The notes under the pieces were generated by a model, which was not told where the DNA came from, did not search any database, and was given only the letters and a program-made list of their open reading frames with translations. Positions 52,101 through 64,000 of a stretch of 64,000 nt of DNA are shown here, in pieces. A program made the position numbers and the translations under genes. Position 1 is the stretch's first letter; each line of letters begins with the position of its first letter. Source of the stretch: Eledone cirrhosa (taxonomy: Eukaryota); assembly GCA_964016885.1 (NCBI GenBank), contig OZ024741.1, positions 223,076,001 through 223,140,000 of the forward strand. The letters run 5' to 3'.

Positions 52101-54831
52101 CCAACCCATCTCACAGCAGAACCATAGTTCTGGAGCCCAACCCATCTCACAGCAGAACCATAGTTTTGGAGCACAACCCATCTCACAGCAGAACCACAGT
52201 TTTGGACCCCAACCCATCTCACAGCAGAACCATAGTTCTGGAGCCCAACCCATCTCACCGCAGAACCATAGTTTTGGAGCACAACCCATCTCACAGCAGA
52301 ACCATAGTTCTGGAGCCCAACCCATCTCACAGCAGAACCATAGTTTTGGACCCCAACCCCTCTCACAGCAGAACCATAGTTTTGGAGCCCAACCCATCTC
52401 ACAGCAGAACCACAGTTTTGGACCCCAACCCATCTCACAACAGAACCATAGTTTTGGACCCCAACCCATCTCACCGCAGAACCACAGTTTTGGAGCCCAA
52501 CCCATCTCACAGCAGAACCATAGTTCTGGAGCACAACCCATCTCACAACAGAACCACAGTTTTGGAGCACAACCCATCTCACAGCAGAACCACAGTTTTG
52601 GACCCCAACCCATCTCACAGCAGAACCATAGTTTTGGAGCCCAACCCATCTCACCGCAGAACCACAGTTTTGGAGCCCAACCCATCTCACAGCAGAACCA
52701 CAGTTTTGGAGCCCAACCCATCTCACCGCAGAACCACAGTTTTGGAGCCCAACCCATCTCACAGCAGAACCATAGTTCTGGACCCCAACCCATCTCACAG
52801 CAGAACCACAGTTTTGGAGCCCAACCCATCTCACAACAGAACCATAGTTCTGGAGCCCAACCCATCTCACAACAGAACCACAGTTTTGGACCCCAACCCA
52901 TCTCACAGCAGAACCACAGTTCTGGAGCACAACCCATCTCACAACAGAACCACAGTTTTGGACCCCAACCCATCTCACAGCAGAACCACAGTTTTGGAGC
53001 CCAACCCATCTCACAACAGAACCATAGTTCTGGAGCACAACCCATCTCACAGCAGAACCACAGTTTTGGACCCCAACCCATCTCACAACAGAACCATAGT
53101 TCTGGAGCCCAACCCATCTCACAACAGAACCACAGTTTTGGACCCCAACCCATCTCACAGCAGAACCATAGTTTTGGACCCCAACCCATCTCACAGCAGA
53201 ACCACAGTTTTGGAGCCCAACCCATCTCACAACAGAACCATAGTTCTGGAGCACAACCCATCTCACAACAGAACCACAGTTTTGGACCCCAACCCATCTC
53301 ACAACACAACCATAGTTCTGGAGCCCAACCCATCTCACAACAGAACCACAGTTTTGGACCCCAACCCATCTCACAGCAGAACCATAGTTTTGGAGCACAA
53401 CCCATCTCACAGCAGAACCACAGTTTTGGACCCCAACCCATCTCACAGCAGAACCACAGTTTTGGAGCACAACCCATCTCACAGCAGAACCATAGTTTTG
53501 GAGCCCAACCCATCTCACAGCAGAACCATAGTTTTGGAGCCCAACCCATCTCACAACAGAACCATAGTTTTGGACCCCAACCCATCTCACAGCAGAACCA
53601 TAGTTTTGGAGCCCAACCCATCTCACAACAGAACCATAGTTTTGGACCCCAACCCATCTCACAGCAGAACCAGTTTTGGAGCCCAACCCATCTCACAACA
53701 GAACCATAGTTCTGGAGCACAACCCATCTCACAGCAGAACCATAGTTTTGGACCCCAACCCATCTCACAGCAGAACCACAGTTTTGGAGCCCAACCCATC
53801 TCACAACAGAACCATAGTTCTGGAGCACAACCCATCTCACAACAGAACCATAGTTCTGGAGCACAACCCATCTCACAACAGAACCACAGTTTTGGACCCC
53901 AACCCATCTCACAACAGAACCATAGTTCTGGAGCCCAACCCATCTCACAACAGAACCACAGTTTTGGACCCCAACCCATCTCACAGCAGAACCACAGTTT
54001 TGGAGCCCAACCCATCTCACAACAGAACCATAGTTCTGGAGCACAACCCATCTCACAACAGAACCACAGTTTTGGACCCCAACCCATCTCACAACAGAAC
54101 CATAGTTTTGGAGCCCAACCCATCTCACAGCAGAACCATAGTTTTGGACCCCAACCCATCTCACAGCAGAACCATAGTTTTGGAGCCCAACCCATCTCAC
54201 AACAGAACCACAGTTTTGGACCCCAACCCATCTCACAGCAGAACCATAGTTTTGTAGCCCAACCCATCTCACAGCAGAACCATAGTTTTGTAGCCCAACC
54301 CATCTCACAACAGAACCATAGTTTTGTAGCCCAACCCATCTCACAGCAGAACCATAGTTCTGGAGCCCAACCCATCTCACAACAGAACCACAGTTTTGGA
54401 GCCCAACCCATCTCACCGCGTAACCATAGTTTTGGAGCCCAACCCATCTCACAGCAGAACCATAGTTTTGGACCCCAACCCATCTCACAGCAGAACCATA
54501 GTTTTGTAGCCCAACCCATCTCACAGCAGAACCATAGTTTTGGAGCCCAACCCATCTCACAGCAGAACCATAGTTTTGGAGCCCAACCCATCTCACAGCA
54601 GAACCATAGTTTTGGAGCCCAACCCATCTCACAGCAGAACCATAGTTTTGTAGCCCAACCCATCTCACAACAGAACCATAGTTTTGGAGCCCAACCCATC
54701 TCACAGCAGAACCATAGTTTTGGAGCCCAACCCATCTCACAGCAGAACCATAGTTTTGGAGCCCAACCCATCTCACAGCAGAACCATTGTTTTGGAGCCC
54801 AACCCATCTCACAGCGTTACCATAGTTTTGG
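49152..54831. repeat. 36-bp minisatellite, about 157 copies (cccaacccatctcacagcagaaccatagttttggag)
   Basis: Visible directly. A single 2-bp deletion occurs near 53670. Lies in an intron of the SV2-like gene. Confidence 0.98.
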
Positions 54832-55296
54832 GTCCTCTGGACTGGATTACATCATTACGAAGAGGGACAGGTGCAGAAGCATAGTTTGGGAGCCTGGCGC
54901 TGGATGACACCAATATGTGGAGGAACAGGCCAGTTGGCCACGCTGAACCCTTCACACAGCGGACTCTTAATTCATTTATATGATATATATTTTTCCATCT
55001 ATATCTCTTTTACACTTCCATTCTCTCACTATCTATCCTATGTGGATGAATATACCAAGAGTATGGTTTCAGTTACTACGTTGTCTCTTCTTGAGTGTCC
55101 CTAAGGTTTAGTTTTATCCTCTACATTCTACAATACATTAATGATGAACTTGTTCAGCAAGTGGCCATGTGTGGAAAATGAAACAATTACATCATAGAAA
55201 AGAGATTTTATCCTAAAAACTGTGATATTATTCATTTTTCGTCTATCTCTTAATAAGACTGTCTATTATGAACCATAAGAAAAACTATAAACTTAC

Positions 55297-55385
55297 CCAA
55301 AAGAAAGTGTAAAACTGATAATCATCAAAGCAGCAGAACTGGAGAGCAGAGGTTTTTTGAAAAGGTTATAGGTATTCTTTATAGT
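55297..55385 (-). CDS. SV2-like MFS transporter exon
   Basis: ctgcag acceptor and gtaagt donor, phase 0 to 2. TIKNTYNLFKKPLLSSSAALMIISFTLSFG. Confidence 0.9.
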
Positions 55386-57669
55386 CTGCAGGATAAAAAG
55401 TAATATATAAGATAAACAAAACATTTTAGTTCCTTACACCTCAGTCATTTCTTCAGGTGGGATGCACTCCTCCTAATTTTGCAAAGGAAAACGGCAGTTC
55501 AGGGAAAGTACACCAGAGGTCTCTAAAGCAACCAGTGGTCAGTCAAGTACTGGTCTCTGAATATCTTCCTCTCCTCTGTGTTATGGGTGGGTGGCAGTGG
55601 CCAAGTTTGATCCAAAGCAATTAGGTAATTTATCATTTTCATTTAACGGTGATGATGATGATAATGATGATATAGAGAATGAAGAGAGCAAAATATTTTT
55701 TAGAACTAAGCCATGTTTTAATGTATCTTAGATAAACCTAGGTCTATATTTAAACATTTCCATAGGCTGAGTTTGAATTCAGAGCCTCTGTTTCTAAGAC
55801 TGGATTTCAACACTCTCAACCACTATGCTATAACAATTATCAGTCAAATTTTGAAATATTTAAGCACATTTTAGTAAGAGTGGCTTTACTGTGAAGAAGT
55901 TTATACAGGCTTTACACTATTATGTGATGTTATTTTCAATTTTCATGTTTCAATGTGGTTCTTGATCCATAATGCAACCTTTGTCAAATCACTATATGAT
56001 TTCTTTTTATACCCTACTATTTCAGACTTTGATTATTTCTCCTCTGATCAGTGCTTTCTAATATTTATGTGTTGTATAATTATGGGATCGTCCAGTTTTG
56101 CTCATATAAGATATTCCCCAAATGTATTATATATACTGAAAAAACAATGTTGTCTCTGATCAAGACGAAGCGAGAGTGTATTTGAATACATATAAAATGA
56201 GAAAACGCATTGCTAGAACAGCCATTAAAACAGCTAGATGCTATCAAAGACTGTGATGGGCAAAAATGCCTCAGAGGACAGAGACAAGTGGCTAGTGGTC
56301 AACAGAGAGAGAATCCACAAGGTGGGTAACAGACATGAAATATAGAAAAGATTGAAAGAGAAGGACAAGAACTGCGTTGGTGCACAGAAGTGACTGGAAG
56401 AGGAAATAAAGAAAGGCGATGTACAAGATAAGTTTACGCACACATGCTCATTGCTGTCTTTGACAGTATCTAGCTGTTTTAACGGCTGTTCTAGTGATGA
56501 GTTTTCTCATTTTTATATGTATTATATATAAGATATGAATTCAAATAGAGTATTCTCCCTCTAGTCATTTATTCTTATCTGTGTGGTTATATATTTTAGA
56601 TCATCATTGTTGTTGTCATCATTTTAAAGTCAATTTTCCCATGCTGGTATAAGTTGGATATTTTGGGCAATGTTTTACAGCTGAAAGCTCTTCTTACAAG
56701 GAGGAGGGGGAGGCATGTGATGGGTCTGAGAGGAGAGGGTATTCAGATAGGAGATTCTGAAGAGCAGAGGGCATTGTAGTAGCATTGTGATCATGGCTTT
56801 ACTGGTGCATAGTCCAGATAAGTTTTATTTTTTAAATACTCAAGGAAAAATGTCAAATACATAATATTAAAAAACAGTAATCTTTTTTTAAAAACTGTTC
56901 TTGTTCTTCTACTACACGTAGTAGTAGTAGTGGTGGTGGTGGTGGTGGTGGTGGTGGTGGTGGTGGTGATAACAACAACAATACATATAACTATTCACAT
57001 TCTTAATCATGTTGTCAATCAGCAACCCAGTTGATACCAAACTGACCTTGGTTTTACAATAACAAACTGTTTATTTTAAAGTGCTTATATTTATCTAAAA
57101 CCCATCATAATTTCATTTAAACATCTTTGTTATGATCCAAACACCAGTTTATTAATGAAAAAGTTAATTATGTTACTAAATCCTTTAAAATTTTTGATTA
57201 TTTTAAAAATAATCTAAAATCACAGATAGTTTTTTATTAGAAATATGGTAACAAGAGGGTTAAATAGAATAATGTATGCACACACTATAACCATAAATAA
57301 CATTTTCATTTATTGATACTCTAAAAGAGATACGATATTTGCTGGCCTACTGTCATCCCCACCCCTCCCACAAAAAAAAAAACAACAACATAAAAAAATG
57401 ATGCCTGAATCCAATACGCCTGTGTCACCGATGGGAGGCCAAATGGAGGGTGAGTAGAATCATGGTTAAACAAATTTATTTTGTTTAACTATTAATATTA
57501 CTAATACAGTAATACAATAAATTTATATAAGCAAAATGATGTCGAAATCATATAAGAGTTTGTGAAAACACAAAATAATTTTTAATAAATTTATGAAGAA
57601 TTGTATTAAAATTGTACACAATTTATACAATAGGTCAGCAAATATGGTAATATATTTGTTTACAGATAT

Positions 57670-58207
57670 TATGAACAGGTTGGAAAAAGTTCTGTGAGCT
57701 ACTACCTCTGTTGACATCAAAAGGTTTCTCTCTATAAATGAAAGGCCAGTTGTATGATGCCGATGTTCAATGTGCAATGTTGCATTGTAGTGAAAAATAG
57801 GCAGAGAATGCAGAGGATATGCAAAGGTTGGGGACAAGTGAAGTGAGCATTCTTCAATAGATATGCAATGTCAATGTTTGTGACTGACAAAAGCATGGAT
57901 GAGCTGAGAGAAACTTGCTATAAGATGAATTAGATGTAATCTACCAGAAAGAAGACTGTAATGGCATGGACATGTGATGCAAATGGATGATGATTGTTGA
58001 GTGAAGAAGTGACAAAAGATCCAAGTAGAAGGAAACTCAAAAGAAGAAGACCAAGGAAGACCTGGGTAGAGGTTGTAAAAGCTAATCTCAGACTAGCTGA
58101 AGCTCTGAGAGGAGATGGCAAAAGGACACAAAGAGAGCAGAGTTGCTGTGCTGGAAAAAACCCATCCAACCCATGCAAGCATGGAAAAGTAGATGTAACA
58201 TGATGAT
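57670..58207 (+). mobile_element. RTE LINE 3' fragment
   Basis: Similar to 35020-35533 (RRPRKTWVEVVK) with tail catgcaagcatggaaaagtagatgtaacatgatga. Confidence 0.8.
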
Positions 58208-58246
58208 ATGAAAGAGTATCAGTGCTAAACAAATGAGAATACTTAC

Positions 58247-58327
58247 ATGTTTTAATTTCCCTTTCAAGGTTGACTGTCTGACGCAGTGTTTGCTGTTATT
58301 GAGATCCAGGTTCAGAAGTGAATACAC
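58247..58327 (-). CDS. SV2-like MFS transporter exon (central cytoplasmic loop)
   Basis: ctacag acceptor and gtaagt donor, 81 bp, phase 0 to 0. VYSLLNLDL...GKLKH. Confidence 0.8.
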
Positions 58328-58681
58328 CTGTAGAGATTAGTGAATGTTTTAGTTTCATTTAGAAGGTATTTATTCATTTCAAAATAAAACACCCTTTTAG
58401 TAACTAACTTTATGTAAACTTCTTCATACCTCATAATATTCAGGTAATTCACTTCTTCTCTACTACACTCCTATGGTAACATTCAGTAACTCACAATCTA
58501 CCTTGTTATCTTTCATTATTCACACCCACTCCCCAGTATTTACCTCTACCCATCTATTCCCTAGTGGCTACCTCTACACCAGGCATGGGCCATCTTTTTT
58601 GAGCATAAAATATGGATCATTATAAAATTCAAGGTAATTTTTCATTGAAGTATGCCAATCAGAAAGGCAAAATCACTGCAT

Positions 58682-58913
58682 TTTGCCCATGACTGCAGAA
58701 TCTACAGTTTGCCATTGACTGTAGAACCTACAGTTTGCCCATGACTGTAGAATCTACAGTTTGCCCATGACTGTAGAATCTACAGTTTGCCCATGACTGT
58801 AGAATCTACAGTTTGCCAATGACTGTAGAATCTACAGTTTGCCAATGACTGTAGAATCTACAGTTTGCCCATGACTGTAGAATCTACAGTTTGCACATGA
58901 CTGCAGAGTCTAT
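58682..58913. repeat. 26-bp tandem repeat x about 9 with internal palindrome
   Basis: Unit tttgcccatgACTGTAGAaTCTACAG(T). Confidence 0.95.
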
Positions 58914-59560
58914 ACCCATCTATTCTTCAAGTCAGGCCACCTACTTCATAATCATTTTATAACTTTCTTGCTGGCTACAGCATGAAGTTACAAAATGTGC
59001 AGTTTATTTGGGTTAATTGAATAAGTGTTGAGATGGAGACCTACTGCAGTCATACACCTCAAAAACAAGAAACATAAGTTCTTAAGGATGGGAGTCTGAG
59101 TGATGTAGCCATACTCATTGTAAAAAGGAGGTAGTTAAAAATTAAAAAAATTATTAAATTCAAACTAGTGATATGCAGGGTGGCAATATCCAATATTGAT
59201 TTGTAACACTATGTACCTATTATGAAAGGCCACTATCAGTACTGATAGTAGGAATATAATCAAATCATAATCATCAGCATCATTTTTATGTATGATTTTC
59301 ATGTTAGGATGGGCTGGCTGGGTTGTTACAGTCCAAAACAAGACACATTGAAACATCCAATGTTGCTCATTATGTTCCATATTTGGCATAGTTTCTACAG
59401 CTGGATGCTTTTTCTAACAACCATCTTACAGGGTATACTGAGTGCATTTTTTGCGACAGCAGCACAACTACTTTATATCACCACCACTATGACCAATGCC
59501 ATCACGTTCACTAACTCCACCACCACTAATACCAACATAACAACAATAGTGTAAACTTAC

Positions 59561-59644
59561 TTGATACTTGTGACCACGAACTCTCCTGTGGTTTGTCTTG
59601 TAAATGTATTTCAGGATAGTGAGGGCCTCAATTTCATCTCCAAC
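59561..59644 (-). CDS. SV2-like MFS transporter exon
   Basis: gctag acceptor and gtaagt donor, 84 bp, phase 0 to 0. VGDEIEALTILKYIYKTN continues directly from PESPKFLLL. Confidence 0.92.
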
Positions 59645-60810
59645 CTAGCAATGTTAATGAATCCATGTGAATTAAGGATTACAAACAGTGTCAAGTAAAG
59701 TACAGTGTATATAATATGCACCTGGGTTTACAGTGAATAAAGTCTATGAATGGTGTCAGGTAGAGTACAGTGAACACAATATGGGTCTGGGAGTAGAGAA
59801 AAGAGTACATGATACAGGACTAACAGTTGAGCACAGAATATATGGTAGTAGATAGAAAATAATGTTCTAAATACAATACATAACACTAAAGAAGAGGAAA
59901 TACTATGTAAGGTATGACAATGTATGAGCTAGTATTAGAGTACAGAGTATATGATACTGAATTTGTAGTCCATTACATGCATGAACCTTTAACTCCTGAT
60001 TGAGTCATAGGAGTGCTATGTGATATACAGCATGTCTTGAGCATTTAAAATTGGTGGAGTCCATCCTTACTCCAGGTGCGAATACAACCAATCAAGAGGG
60101 GACAGGCACCATCAAGTTTAAAGTGGCATGATATGCCGTATGTCACTACAGCATCTCAATGACTCCTCCAGGAGTTACAAGTTCTTATCATCATCATCAT
60201 CATCATCATCATTTTACGTCCGCTCTTGCCTGCTTGCAAGGGTGGGATATGTAAATAGATATATAATAAAAAGCAGAGAACAGTGTTCAGTGTAGTATAG
60301 AACACACAGTCTTCTTCTTCTGTGCCTACATATTGCTGAGATGGTCCCCATTCTAAAAATATATTGGAATCTCCATCTAATCCCGAAAAGACTGGCGATG
60401 GGTCAGTGACCTCTCTTGGGAGGCGTAAGATGGATGTACAAAGATTGCGTATGAAAGGACCCCAAAGAGGTCAAGAAGGGCGCAAATGAGTATTCAATTG
60501 ATTGATCAACTGAGCATCTGACTCAAGAATTAATGGAAAAGTGGCTGAGTATTCCACATACATGTGCACTCTTAATATAATTCTCAAGTCGAATCAGCAT
60601 GACACAATATGTGACAAGGGCGGACCTTTGAATTACAGGTACAGTCCATATTATATTAGAGATTAAGGGGATGAGTACTCCACAGATATGCGTACCCTTC
60701 ACATAATTTTCAGGCAGAATCAGCATGACACAATATGTGACAAGGGCGAACCTATTTCACTCATATGGTTTGAATCAACTGAAAGACATTTGGCAATGAT
60801 GTCACAGTGT

Positions 60811-60983
60811 TTTGGCACAAGGCCAGCAATTACCCAGTGTATTACTGGTATTTTATTTTATTGACCCCGTAAGGATGAAAGGCAAAGTTAACCTCGGTGG
60901 GATTTGAACTCAGAATGGCAAGGGCCGTAACTATACGTCAAAGCATGGCATCCGACCCTCTACCAATACTGCCAATTCACCGC
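60811..60983 (-). mobile_element. tRNA/Meta-like SINE
   Basis: Reverse complement of the 8606 family. Confidence 0.85.
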
Positions 60984-61104
60984 CCTTATAAAAGACTGAT
61001 AATAATACACATTGATTATACAGAAAAGAGTTTGTGTTGGACTGATAGTTCACAGAACACAGTACACACTATAAAAAGAATGAGGGTAATATAGGAGGAC
61101 TGGA

Positions 61105-61430
61105 TATAGCATAGCTGAATGGTTAAATAGTTTGTTTCTTAATTATTAGGTTCTGTGTTCAATCCCACTGCATTTTGGGCAAATGTCATTTACTATGGGT
61201 TAACACATGCTTTATGAGTGAAATTAGGTAGACAGCAAAATTTGGAAGCCAGTCAGATAGAGCCTGTAATTCAAAATGTGTCTTGTCTCACACTGTATAA
61301 TACTGTATCTCTCTGAGAATTATGTTAAGGGTGCACATGTCTGTGGAATGCTCAGCCACTTACACATTCATTTCATAACATGGCTGATTCATTGATTGAA
61401 CTGAAACATTGTTGAAACTGACAGAAGTCC
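61105..61430 (+). mobile_element. Old tRNA/CORE-like SINE; related body in reverse at 60520-60750 and 23200-23360
   Basis: A/B-box-like head and shared body (ttaagggtgcacatgtctgtggaatgctcagccactt). Confidence 0.6.
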
Positions 61431-61614
61431 ATTCCAAAGTAGGAAGAGTAGAGTAGTGATCATCATCATTCTCATAGAAAACATTTATTTTTCACGTGTT
61501 AGACAGGCTATCAAGTACTGTGAGACCAGACAGGTCAGGTGACCACGTCTTGCTCATACTTTCTGTTTTGGGCTTGTTTTTCTATGGCTGGATGCAATTC
61601 CTAATGCCAATCAC

Positions 61615-62130
61615 TTCAAAATATGACTGGGAGCTTTTTTCGTGGCATCAGCACTAACACCTTACAGAGTGGTCAAGGTGCTTTTTGTTGTGGCACCAAC
61701 ACCACCACTTTACAGAGTGATGTGGGTGCGTTGTGTCATGGCATCAGCACAACTTTACAGTGTAGACTTACTGCTTTTTGTCATTGCATCAGCAGAACCA
61801 CTTTACAGGGTTGATTGGGTGACATAACACCAGCACAACAACCTTACAGGTTAGATTGGGTGCCTTTTGTTGTGAAATCAACATGACCACCATACAGGGT
61901 GGTGAAATGAGTGTATTTTGTGACATCACCACAACCACTTTACATGGTAGACTAGGTGCTTTTTTTCATGGCACCAGCACAACTAACTTACAGGGTAAAC
62001 TGGGTGCTTTTTGTTGTGTAACCAGCATGACCACCTTACAAGGTGAACAATACATTTGCACTGACATCATCAGCACAAGCATCTTGCAGGATGAACTGGG
62101 CGTTTTTTGTCATGGCACCAGTGTGACCAA
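61615..62130. repeat. Degenerate tandem repeat of about 42 bp derived from a SINE-internal unit
   Basis: Recurrent ttacagggtggactgggtgctttttgtcatggcaccagcac-like unit. Confidence 0.75.
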
Positions 62131-62215
62131 TATATATCCTACCATTCTGTCACACCTAAAATCTTTAATACACTGTAACAGTTTGTTATTTGAAATTAAA
62201 AAGAAAACTTCTCAC

Positions 62216-62376
62216 CAAGAGTAAAAACTTTGGACTTTCTGGGAAAAGAAAGAAAAAAATTGCTGATGTCAAACTAGGTATAACGCAGATGGAAAGGTAG
62301 AGACGCCAGTTCTTGTAAACAAAATTCTGCATATGGATGTCTATATGGCTATATGGAATGATTAACCAAGCAAAAC
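62216..62376 (-). CDS. SV2-like MFS transporter, most 5' exon found in the window (gene continues upstream)
   Basis: acag acceptor and gtgag donor. GFAWLIIP...NWRLYLSICVIPS...PESPKFLLL contains the sugar-porter/SV2 PESP motif. Confidence 0.94.
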
Positions 62377-64000
62377 CTGTATAGAACAATAAATGGAAAC
62401 ATTGACTAGAATGTGGTATTTACAAAACATTTACATATGTGTATGTGCATCATCATGGTTTTTACATGTTGGCAAGGGTCTGACAAGATTTTTTTTTAGG
62501 CACAAGTATATATATATATATGTGTGTGTGTGTATATGTGCATATCTGACTCTGTGAGTCTTCATATTGGCACTACTTAAATCCAGTGGCAGCATTAATT
62601 TATGTTCCATATAAACAATGCATCCTACAGCTAAATGGTTTAGAATAGGCCCATTGTATTCTCCTGTGTGTCATAAGAGGTAACTAAAAGAGTTGGTGCC
62701 AGGAAGGGCAACCATCCATAAAACATTGCCTCAAAAAGAACTTTTTGTAATCATATAGTCATGGTTTTATGGTAGAAGCTTTTCTGATTTGATATCCTTA
62801 CTATCACCAACCACCTTACAGGGTGTACGGGGTGCATTTTTGTGGCACCATCACTAGAGAGGTTGTTGGTTATTGTCCCAACTGAAGAGTCCTTTCTGCT
62901 CTGTTGGGGTTGAGGCTGAGATGAGAAGGAAGATGAGTATGAAGTTATGGATATTTAGCAGTATGGATTATAGAGGTTATTGAGACACGAGTGACATAAT
63001 AATGATTTCAACAGCAGAAATTAGAGATGAAATATATGTTTATTTTTGATGTAGCACAAACAATGGTGTGGTACAGAGGCTGGTTTCTGGCGTGTGATCA
63101 GTCTGCTTTCCAGTGGCTGTCTGTTTTTTTTCTCGCGTTCTCAACCAGCGGGAGATAACTAGGGTTGTTCTATCAAGAGGCGTGAGGCGTCTTACTACAG
63201 ATATATGGCAAGTGTTTATTTATTATATCAATAAATAAAATCTAAGGCTTGGTTTCAAACCACATCACCTATTGCACTCACTCTTTTTGAAACTCATGAA
63301 CATTACAATTTCATTACATTCCCATTATCACATTATAAAAATCCAGAAGGTTCAGGCTTATCTATTCAATATTTATTATCAGTGTTATCATAAGCAACAT
63401 TAGTATTATTATTGTCACATAGAAGGTACAGTCATAATATATGAGGCATGCCTTGGGCATTTGAAACGTGGCAGAGCCCATCCTCTCTCTAGGTTTGAAA
63501 ATGAGTGTGTTAGAGGAAGTGAGAAAGAGATATATAGAAGAATCCACCTCAGTGGTGGTACTTTATTTTGTATGTATGGGCACATAACCTCTGGTTGTAG
63601 AAGTGCCATAGAGACATACATTTCTGAGCATTTTAAATCTGGTGGAGCCCATCACCTCTCCAGGTTTGAACACAGCTGAATTCTTCCAGAGAAAAATTGA
63701 AAGTGATAGCGAAGAATTGAAAATGAGATACAGAGGAAGAATCAACCTTAGTTACTGGACTAGTACTTTATTTATTGACCTCAAAAGGATGAAAGGTAAA
63801 GTTGACTGGTATGTGATTTGAACTCAGAGCCAATTCGCCACCTTACCATCAATATAATCATGATGTAGCAAGATGGAAGACAACAGAACTAGATGGAAGA
63901 CAACAGAACTAAATGAAACTCACCAGCTGCAACGATTGTACCACTCATCCAAAAAGCAGCTAACAAAGAAACCATAGCACCACGCCGCTTCTTTGGTTGG

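Noticed and set aside
49113-54812. Minus-strand ORFs CCEMGWGPKLWF and VRWVGLQNYGS as SV2 exons or EGF-like proteins
   Set aside because: The flanking exons 55297-55385 and 43682-43911 join in phase (FG|YYG) without them. The ORFs result from a stop-free 36-bp unit.
58682-58913. CRISPR-like palindromic repeats
   Set aside because: No unique spacers, no cas genes, and a eukaryotic intron context.

Overview
AT-rich, repeat-dense animal genomic DNA. The SINE types and abundant (TA)n tracts suggest a cephalopod such as an octopus, which is an inference. One host gene is supported: the 3' part of a minus-strand SV2-like MFS transporter, with seven GT-AG exons from 62376 down to 38387 whose phases join correctly. 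The rest is mostly decayed mobile DNA: Penelope-like elements (RT plus GIY-YIG), a CRE-clade RT-RLE retrotransposon with a PHD finger, RTE and L1/Tx1 LINE fragments, a full-length but broken IR/DR Tc1 transposon, tRNA-derived SINEs, MITEs, Helitron-like pieces and a 5.7-kb 36-bp minisatellite. The most interesting signal is non-coding. There is a dense set of type I hammerhead ribozyme motifs from several sequence families, many sitting in both arms of long fold-back (inverted-repeat) elements embedded in (TA)n tracts. One such fold-back encloses a Penelope GIY-YIG remnant, which suggests a family of ribozyme-bearing, Penelope-derived non-autonomous elements. All folds and alignments were done by eye.
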